Part shown: positions 49,901 through 62,744 of the stretch, piece after piece
Layout: each line of letters begins with the position of its first letter
Position numbering within the stretch: the first letter of the stretch is position 1
Source: Daphnia carinata
Taxonomy: Eukaryota
DNA length: 64,000 bases
Assembly (NCBI RefSeq): GCF_022539665.2
Contig: NC_081332.1
Span: 6,696,001 to 6,760,000, forward strand
Direction of reading: 5' to 3'
Made by a program: the position numbers and the translations under genes
The notes under the pieces: model-generated
What the model was told of the DNA's origin: nothing
Database searches by the model: none
The model's input: the letters and a program-made list of their open reading frames with translations, nothing else

Positions 49901-50056
49901 GGTGTCGCTGGCTCCATCTACAGCGTACCCATTTCAAGGAAAATAGGGTCGCCTCCGCAGCATCATCCGCGTTCTGCTCTAGGCTTAGCCAGCCGCTCCA
50001 GCTTTTATCCCCCAACACCTTATTACGTCACTTTCCCACCCGAGTCGGAAACATGA
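43926..50056 (+). CDS. Type I membrane leucine-rich-repeat protein (chaoptin/artichoke-like), ~1589 aa
   Basis: Phase-compatible GT-AG exons 43926-44552, 44672-44771, 45596-45766, 45848-45963, 46037-46183 and 46448-50056. Signal-like N-terminus, Cys cap, many LxxLxLxxN repeats, NPIICDC cap, TM helix AVIIGIVGGVVAFVALLIIIICLV, Pro-rich tail. Confidence 0.93.
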
Positions 50057-51322
50057 TGAGAAGAGCAGTAGGATTCCGCGACGTTACCATACAGCTGTGC
50101 TGAGTGAATGGAAGTATGTTTGTATTCGTTTGCAATTTTTATAATGAATTTAGCGGACCACTGAGGAAATATTCCCAATTTTATTGCTCATGGGCTCTTG
50201 AATGTGGGCTCCCGATGAATCCATGGAATACGTGAAATAATTTTGTTCCGCCCAAATTGCTAGATTATTATATTGTTTCAATTGGAGAAAGTGGCAAACT
50301 GCTAAGTGATCGCTGAAACCAATTTGCTATCGTTATCTTGAGTTTGTGAATATGTTTGTAAATACATTGCATCTTGTTAGGAAAACCAGCCACACTATCA
50401 AGAACGGTTTTAAAAGGGTAAAGATGCGATTCATATCCACCAGAAAACTTCTGTAATATGTACGTAGGTATGCAATATGCGAGTTGCGGACAAGTTAAGC
50501 GAATTACGAAGTGGCAGATTTCGTAAACTAGTTTGCTTATTCCATCCAATTTTTGATTTTGAATAGAATTGGACCGTTAATATGATGCAATAGACAGATA
50601 TAGAAACATTTAAATTTGAAAAAAAGGAAGAGTTATCTCTTAAAGCCGCTAGATTGTTGATGCTGGTAAAAACATTTGTCTGGTTGCCGATGTTAACATT
50701 CTTTTTTTCCCTTTTGAACTGAAGAGGTTTCTGTATTTGTGCAAATTTCATGAGCTTATTGCTGTGCAAACAGTTAAGGATTTAACAAACATTGAAGTTC
50801 ACAGTTGATGAAGTTGGATTTTAAATAATATAGAGCTTTACAAAGTTGCAACTGTTCTTCCAAGTTTAAAGGTGCGTGACTAGTGCACCTTCTGTTGGCG
50901 ATAACGATACAACCCGCGTCAATCGGTTAAGGCCAACGAAATATCCAGGTATCTAATAGACTTCTGCCTGCACAGGGATATTCCAGCTAAGTCCTCTCAG
51001 GCCGAGCGGTATATCCCATGCGTCGTTTTTGGTAGATCACTAGGACGTCCTAATGACCGTTTTTTTAACGTCGTTTAGAATCATCCACTGGACGTCTGGA
51101 AATAAACGTCCAATAGATGTAGCATAAAAAAGCGAACTGGGACAGCGTTTGGGATAACAATCTTTCTTATTGAGAATGTGTGTAAAGACGATCTTTTAAT
51201 TTCGGACAAAAATCTTAATTCATTGGGCATCCATGCTAATTCTGGACAGTCTCATTTTTTAAAACTAATTATCTCATTCGATTCAGTTTTAAATTCTGAA
51301 TCGAATAGCTTAAGCCACCGCG

Positions 51323-52794
51323 TGTCGGAAATTTCGACGTCCGAACCTGTCAGAGGGGACGGTGTTGGTAAAAGCAGAGCAAGCGGAAGACAACACAAGC
51401 ACAGGCACTCGGAGCCGACGAGATTGGTAGCCGGGGTAAGTCCATCACCAGGCGGGAACTAGTCATGAGTTCCCGGCAGTTGACCTAGACATGCCGATAG
51501 ACAGGAAAGGCTAAAAGCGTAACGGAAACTAAGAAGATAAGTCGGGGGAATAAATGGCTCAGAAGGCCGGTAGCCGCGAGAATATTGTCACGTGCACTGT
51601 TTTACGTAACTTGATTCGGGGAAGTGGGTGAGATTCGCCCACTCATTCCTCTAAAGATTTGATGTTGAATTGAGCTAAACCTAGACGTCCGTTAGTCGTA
51701 GTGTGTGAAAGTATAAAAGAGCGAAGAAATCCTTTGTTGAGAGTTAGTTAGTTTTTAGTGCGTTAGTATAGTAGCTAGTGTGTTTCAGTTGTTTCCCCAA
51801 GTTGTTTACTGTGTTGTTTTGTGGGTGTAGTGTGGTGGTGGGCACTATCAGCGTAGTGAAATTTAGTGTAGCCGCTGATAGTGGAAGTGGATCGGTACGC
51901 TGAACTGTCGGGATGTGACCAGCCAGTGTACTGATCAGCCTCCACATCGTGACCAGAGCGACGTGAACCTACCCCGTGTTTTACCCGTGACAATATTATT
52001 GAAATTTACTGACTGCCTTTACATATGAACATGTAGAGCGGTCTCTGGCGCGGAGAAGCAGAGTTGAATTATAAAACCATTACGACTGGAACTAGTTTTA
52101 GCCCAGGGAAAAAAGAATGTAGCCGGCGAGAGACCAGTCAGGGGTCGATCAAGGGGAAGTGGGGTCCGGAGCTGAAGACAGACCCTGCGGCTCGAAGAAA
52201 GAAGATCAACGGCGACACCTGTTCCAGCGTTTAATTAATGTCTGTTTATTGCTCAAATCGTCAACGGTATTTTTGGATGTACGGGTATATAAGGGCCGGT
52301 TTCGGCTGAGAAATACACACACAAGCCCCCGGAGTCGGCTCATCATTTCCTCTCTGGTAATTGCACATTTAAGCTTGATTCTACTGTCACTCGCTTCCGT
52401 ATCGCCGCATGTCGTCTGCTGGCCAATTCTTCGCCCAGCATAGGCTATTCCTGTTGTCCTGCAGTGTCCGTCTGTCGGTGTCCTGTCAACGGCATATTCC
52501 CATCCATTAGCAGTTGCCGAGACTGCCCCCGGGTTCCGTCCACTGCTTCTCAATTAAATATATCTCTTTCGTGTCCGTCTTGTTGTTCCTGCCGTGCATC
52601 CGTGGCAATAACCGTCACGTCACAGGTAAACAATATCGCTGGAATCCGAGACCGATTCCAGCATTACCATACTTAAAAGCAGGCCCGCATCGCACGGCCC
52701 ATCTCCACCCGTCACAATACGCTGGGATCCTCAAGACCCCAGGCCACTACTTTACATTGAGTCGGCAATCTCCGACAGTTGGATCTGCGGCAAA
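51323..52794. mobile_element. Probable solo LTR related to 13179-13801, interrupted
   Basis: Starts TGTCGGAAATTTCGACGTCCGAACC, matching the reverse complement of 13776-13801. TGAGTCGGCAATCTCCGACAGT near 52760 matches the other end of that LTR. Right boundary approximate; no clean TSD. Confidence 0.6.
51586..51992. mobile_element. Solo LTR (Gypsy-type) nested in another LTR
   Basis: TGTCACG...CGTGACA termini; TSD ATAT (51582-51585, 51993-51996). Confidence 0.92.
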
Positions 52795-54670
52795 GCGCGA
52801 TCCAGAAACGCTGGTATTAACACATCCCATGCCCACTAATTTACGCTGATATTTTGAATTGCGGTCAAGCGCAAATTCCCAAATCGATGAGGGTGCAATA
52901 GGAAAATATTGCGAAATTTATGTTTTCAATAACCAAAACAATTAGTTGTCAAAACGAAACACCATCTGTTCTTGACTGGTAACTTGCGATCAAAACTCAC
53001 CACAAACATAAAATATTGATTTTTAAATTGCATTATACACTTCTCTCTTTAAGTAGCCAATGGACCATAGGTTCGCTGGAAAAACAAAAAAGTAAAGGTT
53101 TCGAAAAAAAGCATTGAAATTTCCGCAAACATGTTGTAAAATCCGAAATTGTAAACTCAAAAAATCGTTTTTAACTGACCCTATCCTAAGCTATATCGCC
53201 CTAATACTGTTCCTAGATTTTTTCTTAACAATGCGCTAAAATTTGTTACTACTGTAGACGTAAAATATTCATTTATTAATATTTTATTACCATTTAAAAA
53301 TATTTTATAAAATGTATGCGACAATATTTATGTAATCGGTGATTTAATTCAATTTACTGCGAGTTATGTCCTTCATTACTATAACAATGACATTGGCTCT
53401 GTCGTAAGACGCTGGGATTGTAACGAAAGGGTAGATTGATTTTCATTCTTGGTTTTTTTTGTTACATTTTATGCAATATTGTTGAATCGCAAGTTTGTAA
53501 AAAAAGACATGGGGAAAAACTAGGGAGTTCCAGTGGGTTTCTTTGGATTCTATTGTTTGAATTAAAGAATAAAATTAAATATATTTCTTTCAGCAATGAA
53601 AACACAAAATTTCGGAAAGAATTGTTTCACAAGAATATAAAAAAATAACTGGCTAAATGTATAAAAAAAACGTATTTTCTGTCCTCTTATTCTTCAACGT
53701 CCATGTTTTTTAAAAGTAAAATAAATTGTATTAAATATCAAGGGGAAAACTGAAAACTGAAAAGCTTTTGCTTAAAAGACAAAGGAGATTTGGACAAAAC
53801 AAACGGTTCATCACTACTATTTTTCAATTCTGGTCCGACATTAGCATGCGTAAAAGGCGACCCACAACGCTGGAAATCATTCGTCAGAAATCGAATCAGC
53901 ACCATCACGCAACTCACCAACCATGCAAATGGAGCACATTGTCCTGGACAGGACAACCTCGCTGATCTAAATTCCAGTCGAGCAGCAATAGATTTCCTGA
54001 ACAAGGATTTCTGGTTACGCGGACCACCATGGTTAAAAAAGAAGAAAGCCATTGCACAACATCCTACATCCCAATTCGATGTGAGCACCTTCAAGAAAGA
54101 GTTGAATTAAATTTGGGACAACCAGAACTTTTCCCATTTTCTCGTTACAGCACATTCACCAAACTCAAAAAAAAAAAGAGTCCGAGCTTGGTTGGACCGT
54201 TTTGGAGAACTGAGAAACAAAATTCCCAATTCATCAGTTATTCCAATACCAATTACAAAAAATAAAACCATAATGGAACCATCTCTTGTAGCAGCCGAAA
54301 CAACATTGAGCCAACTACAATAAATCATCCAACTCATCCAAAGAATTCAGTTTAAAATGGAGCACGAATTGCTCTCAAAAGGAAAAACGCTGTCTGGATA
54401 TTCATGGCAGAGAAAAAGTGAAGAGGATTTTATCAACCTGTAATAACTGCACGAAATCGCAGTCACTATCGTTCGATTCAGTATCCCTAGTAGAACAAGA
54501 TATCTTCACACAATCTTAAAGATAGCGATACATCTATGGCAAATACATCTTAGATATCTTACTACTATCTTTGTACTAGCTTTGTACTAACTAAATGTCA
54601 TGGGGTTGAGATATCTTGTTTATATATCTTACGAATATCCTAAAAGCCACTTTCTAGATAACTGTATAGG

Positions 54671-55069
54671 CAGACTTGCCGCGCCGATCAATTTTCCGAT
54701 CGCGATCTCCGATCCGATCAAACTGCGAAAGATCGGATCGGCGATCAAATTTTGCCGATCATTTTTAATACACTGTTTCGCGAAAATAGCATTGGCTGTC
54801 AAATAGTCACTGGCGGCCATTGAGGGTGAACACTAAACAGTTTCCTTCAATTGGCATTCGCATAAATAGCAGTGAAATAGAACCCTGCGGCTGAAAATCT
54901 ACAGCTAGATGGCGAAAAGTTTGATCGCTAAAAACGATCGGATCGCGATCAATTTTTTGGGATCGCCGATCCGATCTCCGATCTTTTTCAAAAGATCGGA
55001 TCGGCGATCAATTTTTTGATCGGAGATCGGATCGGCGATCAATTTTTGATCGCGATCGCGGCAAGTCTG
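54671..55069 (-). mobile_element. hAT-type MITE (GATC-rich), copy 3, internally deleted
   Basis: TIR CAGACTTGCCGCG; TSD TGTATAGG (54663-54670, 55070-55077); opposite orientation to copies 1 and 2. Confidence 0.95.
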
Positions 55070-55218
55070 TGTATAGGGAACTTATCGCTCTAAAATAAAT
55101 AGTAAATACAAAAAAAAGAATACATTTTTTAAAGACAGTTTATTTTTAAAATCCGAATTACAATTGGCAAAGAAACACAAGTTACAAACTGTGACAGGAA
55201 GACATTCAAGTCTTATTA

Positions 55219-57760
55219 TTAATTAGAATCGCTGCTGTTGTCTTCCGCCGCAAGTTTCGCTTGTTCTGCCACAAAACGCCCTTTTGCATTATGAAGATAC
55301 GATTTGGTTTCAGCGACGAACACTTCTTTTTCCAGATCTTTAAACTTTGAATTGGAGATGATTCTAACTAAATATAAAATATTTTTATTTAACTACTTAT
55401 TTTACTCTTTACTTATATCTCTTCTCTATATAAAATGGTTACCTCTTACTAATTCCGTTATACGACAAGAGTGGATTCCTTTTTTTCCCATTCCGCCGTT
55501 TACTCTCTTATCACGTCTCCCAAGCCAATTTACATCCTTAGAGAGTGAATCTTCAAATACTGTTCTCCACGCTCTTTGTACACATAGTCGCCTTCAGAAT
55601 TTTTGGAATTCTTTTTTCCTGAAAGACGGATTTTTCGGACTATCTATTCATGAATGAAAGAGGAGTTTAACATACTAAATGAAATATATAAATTATTGAA
55701 AACTTACTAGCTTCTTCAGATTTTCATCTTTTTTAAGAATTTTTTCGAATGCTTCCAATACTAAGTTTTTTAATGGAAGAGAAGCAATGCCTTCATCTAT
55801 TTCCTCAATCCATTCGTCAACTGGATTAATTTTTTTATCGATCATAGACAACATTTCATTAATCTTGGCAAGGTCAGAGAAGTATTTCTCTTTGTCGTGA
55901 TTGACTTTCTTTGGAATGGGAAGAGACGATGGAGAATCCGTAGCATAATAAGACGAAGAATCTCGGGATGTAGAAGGGCCGGAACTACTTTCAGCATCTA
56001 AAAAAATATGGTTAAGGATTATACGTTTAAAATGAAAATATTCTGATTAGTTACGAAGTTGCAGATGATGTGATTCATTTGGCCTATAGCTTGTTATTGC
56101 TCCAATATTTTGCTGGCTCGGAAATTCAGGGACAGTTGATGGTGTTTGATAAGAAGAATTCATTAAATGTGAATTATAGTTCCAGTACGGCTGCTGCATT
56201 CCCCAGTTGTAATGACCACCATTGTAATTAAATTGCGGATGCATATTTTCTGATATGTTCACAATAAACAAAATAAAGAAAAATATGTAAAACAGTATTG
56301 AAAAAGAGGTTGATGAAAGAAAGGTATTTTTTATGATTACCGAACTGGTGGGTTCCATATGAGTCGTCGGAATTACCTATTTAATGCACAAGAATATTTT
56401 GAAAAAAAAGGTTTAGCATTAAACTAGAATTAACGTTACCAGACTGAATCGACTGTTGAATTTGCATATCCACAGGAGACGACGAATCTTCTGTAATTAT
56501 AGAATAAGGAGAGTAAGGTAATTATAGAAGGAGTGCACTGCACATTTAATCCGAATAGTAACGGCGAACAAAAACACGATATAATAGACAAGACAACAGT
56601 AACTGAACCAAAAATTAAGAAGTAAATAATATCATTATTACCAGGTTGAAACGATTGTTGACTTGGCATATGCACAGGAGACGATGTATCTTCTATAATT
56701 ATAGAATAAGTTAGGTAATTACCGCAAGAGTGACCGGCACATTTGTCCGAAAAGAAACGTGAAACAAAAATAAACGATATACTACGAGACCACAGTAACT
56801 GTACCAAAATAACGAAATAAGCAGCATAATTACCAGGCGCATTCAATGAGAGAACTTCGGCATTGGAACGCACTATTAACGCTTCCAGACTTGACATATC
56901 GTTATGAGGTAACGAAAATTTTTCAACTTAATGAAAAATTGCGTTGCATGAATGTTATGCAACAATGTATTAAATATTATAATTACGAGACGAATTTGAC
57001 GAAAGGACCACAGCATTAGAAGACAAACGTTTATCAGAACTGGAGGAACCTCTCTTACTAGTAGAAGCAGCAGCAATGACTAAACGAAATGACAATAAGA
57101 CTTGATTTATAGGTTTGTTAAAAGTTCAAAATCAATTATCCTTTTTAGTTGACGTTGAAGCATTGCTGGATTGTTTAGAAACCAACAAGGCTCTAGGAGG
57201 TATTGGAAGCAAAGTAGAAGTGGCCATTCCTTTGGCAGAGTTTGTATGGGAGGCTTTCTTAATCGTCTTTCCTTTGCTGGGTGCTGATTTTTTAGGTGGG
57301 CTGAGAGACTCTTCCTCGCTGTCTATTTCTGTTGTTGATTGTCCAGGTATATTTAGTTTCTTCCTTTTAGGGACTCGTTTTCCTCTGCCTGAGTTTTCTT
57401 GATTAAGAATGGGCAGGCCAGTTTCAACACGGGGAAGACTTGTTCTTGCTTCTTCATACGTGTCTTTAAAAAGGAAGCAATATTGTTACATTAAACATAC
57501 AAAATGAAGTAGTAACGCAAATTACCAAAAGTTCCAATTATTTGGAAATCCTCGTATCTCTGCCATGTTTCCTCATCAGGTGGAACGCCACACTACAAAA
57601 TTTGGATTTGATGTGCAGCTGAATAACTATCATTCGGTAAATAGAGAATGTCTTCCTCTATCCAATTTTCTGCCACTACATAAAGCCAGTTATCTATTAT
57701 AGGTAATATTTTGGGAACTTCAACAATACAACAACAATACAAAGGTATTGAATATCTCAT
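55219..57760 (-). CDS. Multi-exon accessory gene of the CMC element (DUF4806-like; integrity uncertain)
   Basis: YVVAENWI...PDEETW...DTYEEAR...GRGKR N-terminus, S/Q-rich middle, and WRTVFEDSLSKDVNWLG C-terminus, separated by GT-AG introns. Exon chain not fully resolved. Confidence 0.55.
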
Positions 57761-58713
57761 AATATATCTAGCAGTTAGCTGGTAGATATCTATAAAGACA
57801 TATAAAATTGATATGACTTTTTGATATACAATAGATATCTTAGAGAACTAAATACATCGGCTAGACATATATATATCTTAAAGATAGGAGTAAGATATCT
57901 TGTTCTACTAGGGTAGCAGCAGCATTACCAACATGTCGTGTCCAACAAGCACGACTCTTTGAATTTATTGGATTAGACTTTACAGGTCCACTCTTCACCT
58001 TTGACTACCAGTCTGAGGACATTATGAAATCATACATTCTACTCATAACTTGTGCAGCAACCAGAGCAATCCATGTTAAGTTAATTCCCGACATGACCAT
58101 CGTTAAGTTTCTCGGCGCATTAAGAAAATTCATTGCTCGCAGAGTTTTGTTTTTTTGAATTTATTCGAACAACGCAAAAACATTCAAAATGGCTGCTTCC
58201 TACTTCCAAAGAATCAAAGAGGACAAAGAGATTTACGATTTCCTCACCAACAACATCACCTGGAAATTTTCCGCCAATCTAGCTACTCGGTGGGGCGTTG
58301 GTGGGAAAGACTGATACGCACACTGAAGCAAGTGTTACGAAAAACCATTGGAAGAGCGTTACTCTCATTTATGCAACTAGAAACTGCATTTCTTGAAGCG
58401 GAAGACATCATCAATTGTCAACCGCTAACACACACCGACAATTGTCTAGAGGAACCTCTCACCCCGAGCCATCTTATTCACGGATAAATTACTCAATACC
58501 GCAAAAAAATCACTCTACGATAACCCAATTAATTCCAACCTCCACTAGAACAAAACTCAAACTCTAACTCCACATATCTAAAAAAAATAAGCGGAATCGA
58601 GCTATTACCCATTGGTGGAACTGTTGACGGCGAGAATATTTGCACGACTTAACTCATTTCATACTGCAAATCGCCCCATGCGCTCCATTTGCAATGGTGA
58701 AATTGTCTTAGTA

Positions 58714-59921
58714 TGGGGAGACTGGGGTGTGTTGGGACACGTTTTGTTTTTTCGTTCATATCTTCGACAAAAATTACTCAATTTTCTTTTTGATTGGCTC
58801 AATATATTGCCCTCCTCTTCCTTTACCTCCATGATTTTTTTTCAGAATTTTAGAAGAAATTGTGTACCGTCTACAGAATTTTAAAGTTCTGAAAAATTTG
58901 AGGGAGGAGCCTGTGGTGTTGGGTGAAATGGGACACCAGGGTGGGTAATGTGGGACAGCCTCAGTTTATACTTATAAAATACATTTAAAAAATTGTAATA
59001 AATCAACAGGATACTACTAAATGAATTCTTTATTTTAGAAAAGTTTTATTTGCTATTAAGATGTAAATGAATAATTTTCCTTATAGCATAAGAAATTCCT
59101 TATAAAATGATAGGGAAAAAAAATGAAGGGCCCGGGCTTAGGAAATCGATTACTAAAATCGATATTTGTTTGCTAATATTCTGTGAAAAAACCTCTTAGG
59201 TGACGTGGGTAACGTTAAAAACATTAAGGAAATTTTATTTAAAACAATAAATTTAATAATAGGTAATTTTTTTACTAATTAGTATAGTACTATTTTTGTA
59301 TTTTCCGTAAACTTAGGGTTATCACCCTGGTGTCCCAATTCACCCACTACTGTCCCAAATTTTTCTTTAAAAATCTGGCACATACAGCAAAAATATAAAT
59401 CCAGTCAAAAATAAAATCAAGCAATTTGTGAAGGAGTTATGGAACAAAAACAAAAGGTGTCCCAAATCACCCCAGTCTCCCCTACTATTTTTGTAGCTCC
59501 GTCCTTAACCCCACCCACTACTGTCCCATTTCAGGCACATCTGCTGTCCCAACCAGCCCCCAAAAAAGTCTTTTGGTTAAATACAATTTCGCCCCAAAAT
59601 AATGGTGCTAAAATAATTGTTTTTTTGCAAGCGATAGAGAAATGGATAAACAACATGTTTGTATGTATAAAATATTAACTATTTGTAGTATTGCGAAGAA
59701 AAACGCTAAATGGCGGCGAAAAATTTAAGGAAAAAATACCATTTTTTTTATTTTCTTAATAACTTTTGTATTTATTTACTTATTCGTTTAAAACTTTTAC
59801 CCTAAATAGGAAACATCTATACCAATAATACATAATTTTTTTGAAATTTTAAATCAATGTTTACTATTTTTCCTCCAGCTGTCCCGCTTCACCTACTGTC
59901 CCGGCTCACCCCAGTTTCCCC
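58714..59921. mobile_element. pogo/Tc1-mariner-like MITE with two right ends
   Basis: GGGGAGACTGGGG left end; CCCCAGTCTCCCC-TA at ~59470-59484 and CCCCAGTTTCCCC-TA ending 59923; TA TSD. Removal restores BEL EIVLV|HEANIK. Confidence 0.85.
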
Positions 59922-61149
59922 TACATGAAGCTAATATCAAACAACAGTTGCGGCCTTCTGGATTAGTTACACGATTACTACCCGGATCAGATGGAGTAGT
60001 TCGTGCAATGGAGCTAAAATTAAATTCAGGCCGAACAATCCGGCCTATTGAAAAGCTATTCCCATTGGAAGTTTTCTCAGACGATCCTGATACAGCTGCT
60101 GCAGAGAACGCCCCGGATATTGCCCCGGACATCCATGATCCATCCCCTGATCAACATGAAATTCAGTCAACATTTGTAACTATACCATCATCCACCCAGC
60201 CAAATTTGCCAATGGATTCTAATCATCAACCGAAAATTGCTGATCATCCTGATCAACCGGGGAAGGATGTAGTTCCGAGATATTTTCTGAGGGGGCGCCG
60301 ACTAAAACGCAATTCTAAATATCTTCAAGTCATGCGCTCACCCCTCCGAATACTAAAAAATTACTGGTTAGCACCTCTAACCATTATACTACGAGACGTT
60401 GTATCATAACTATGTGTAATGCATTGGTATGTAAACTGACAGCTTTTTTTTATTAAACATTCAGTCGTCTTCAGATCATCCAGACCACAACGCAGCTCTA
60501 ATCATCTGCCTGTATTCTCACGTTTGATATCTACGGTAATAAAAATCCTTCTCCTGTGTTTTCTTCCGTCTTTGTTAATTTGAACCGATTTGATTTCTAT
60601 CGACCTACGGTTCGCCAAAGCCTCAATAAACGAAATCGCTGTCTTCTACCGACAATCACAGTGAAGCACTCGCCATCCAGCTTCACAATGTATGTTCAAT
60701 TTTTTTCATTCAATTGTGTTTAGTAGTTTAGTCGTGAAAAAATAAAAAAACAAAAGAATTTATGGAAAAATATTTAGGAACACAACTGGACAATCAGTGT
60801 ACCACATTACACATGGTCTATTAAACTTGAGGTAATGAAGATACATGCTTAAAAAAAGTAGTAGCCTATTACGTTCGGTAGTCATTAAACTATTCATGTA
60901 TATGTGAAATTAATCATAAACTAAATTCTATATTATTGATTCCCGTAATTATTGATTCGGGGGAAGGGTTGGAATGGGAAAAAAAGGAAGAACAAACTTC
61001 TATTTGTTATTAAAACAGCGGTTTTAAATGGAGCGATTTTAGAAAAATATTTAAAAATGTAGGAGTCAAAAAGATTAAAAGCTTTTTTCTATTTTTTCGA
61101 TTCAACACGATTATTTTCATTACTTTATTGAAAATTTATTATGTTCTTG

Positions 61150-61785
61150 AATCCATGTTGGCTAGTGTACTATGTTTATCGGGTAGAAATGAGTTTATGT
61201 TAGGGTGATTTTTTGGATCCAATGGCCTCTACATCTCCTATCATTTAAGGCTGCCCCCATCCACTGAGAGACGAATAAAAATAAGTCCTTCATCCGGATT
61301 TGCAGCAAAGATCAGTTTACCGTTCCGCAACCTAAGATTGTTGATCCATCACTGAATATGTTCCTGAGTCTCGTGTGATAAGGAATGCTTGGTTTTCAGA
61401 TTTACTTGGAATGTTTTTATGTTTTTGTTGTAAATGTTCATCGGAGATGACTGCAGGTAAATGGATTAGAGGCACCTAACGGTAGCCAAATTTCGGTTAC
61501 CTAAAATTGGAGTTATGGATCCCAACCACACTTTAGTAACTACAAGAGATTGCCGAAGAGTTCAAGGATTGATTCAGTTTTTTTGCCTCGCAGCGTAAAT
61601 TACAACAAGGAACTATTTATTATTATTCCGAAATATTCTATTGTTTGTGATAGGACTAGAACCGACTTCTCCCAATCTGCGACAAAACCTAAATTTTGTA
61701 TCACAGTTATAACTTCCCTCGGGTCCATTTCTACCTCATTCTTACTTCTTGTTCATTACGAGAATGCCGTTAAGGTATAGGTATA
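61150..61785 (-). mobile_element. Highly decayed DIRS-like RT/RNase H fragment
   Basis: YLNGILVM...NLGFVADWEKSVLVLSQTIEYFGIIINS and SSLSGWG, with many stops. Confidence 0.65.
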
Positions 61786-62744
61786 GATTGTTATGCGAAG
61801 CAATATCTTTTAATTTTTGATTGTGAGAGAAAAATTTCATAAATATTTTTATAAAAGGGTGTTTTAGAAGCGGTAGCATATGTCTCGTATTTTTTAAATA
61901 TTTATAATAATATATTAGAAATATTAAAGAACTGATAAATTTGATGGCAACACCGCGTAAACGAGTAAAGAAGAAGTTTACTGCACAGCTTCGTAAAATA
62001 TAGCAGACGACGACGAAATTAGATATTCGTCTGCAATTGTTATCGATTCCAGAGATGGGTACACGTTAATTGTTTTATTTCTATTACCTTATATTTTATA
62101 CTGTACATACTTTTGCCAAGTAGGTAGGATATTTAATTAATTTCGTTACTATAGATGTGTTTTCCTATGATGTATCGGTTTATTAATTTTACTATTTGTA
62201 TTACAGAAACAAGGATGAATAAAATTATAAGAGTTTATGTGCTGATGCCAGAGGTAAATCTATCAAGTTTTTATTTACTTAAATTTACTAATCTTTTTGT
62301 TATTCAAGGCACTAAGGTATGATGTAGCAATCGAAACCATTCCTTATAATGTTGCTGCCATACGTCATCCAAGACATTGTATAGTATACATCAACACTTA
62401 GTCTCTGTTATTAAGAAATGTGGAAATGGAGGATAAGGTAAGACCAAGGAAGAATTCCTGTTAAGCATATTAAATAATTAATGAACATAACCTTTTGTCA
62501 CTCGCAGCACAAACTCATGATTCCATTGTTGACTCAAAACCAACAGCCCCACTTGTCTCGAGGTCCCAATGTGCATATCCAGGGAAAGGTAATGCTCACA
62601 GCAATCTTTCAAATAATGTTATGAAATTAATGAATATATAATATTTCTATTAATAGCATGTTATACAGTACATACTTAAAAACTGTCTGGTAGTATTAAT
62701 TGTCTAAGAGTTTGTAATTCCTTTTTTTTTAGCGAAGGGGATAT

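Larger units (their letters stand above)
54485..57913. mobile_element. EnSpm/CMC-like element without transposase, inserted in BEL integrase region
   Basis: 22-bp TIR CCCTAGTAGAACAAGATATCTT with AGATATCT subterminal repeats. Removal rejoins BEL FDSV|AAALPTCRV; TA on the flanks with one extra base. Confidence 0.88.
53800..60687 (+). mobile_element. BEL/Pao LTR retrotransposon, 3' portion, interrupted
   Basis: WKSFVRNRI...HCPGQDNLAD...FWLRGPPWL; integrase IGLDFTGP, TCAATRAIH, WWERLIRTLK; C-terminal LLPGSDGVVR. PPT GGGGAAGGA precedes a 3' LTR starting TGT at 60268 (end ~60687 approximate). Confidence 0.9.
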
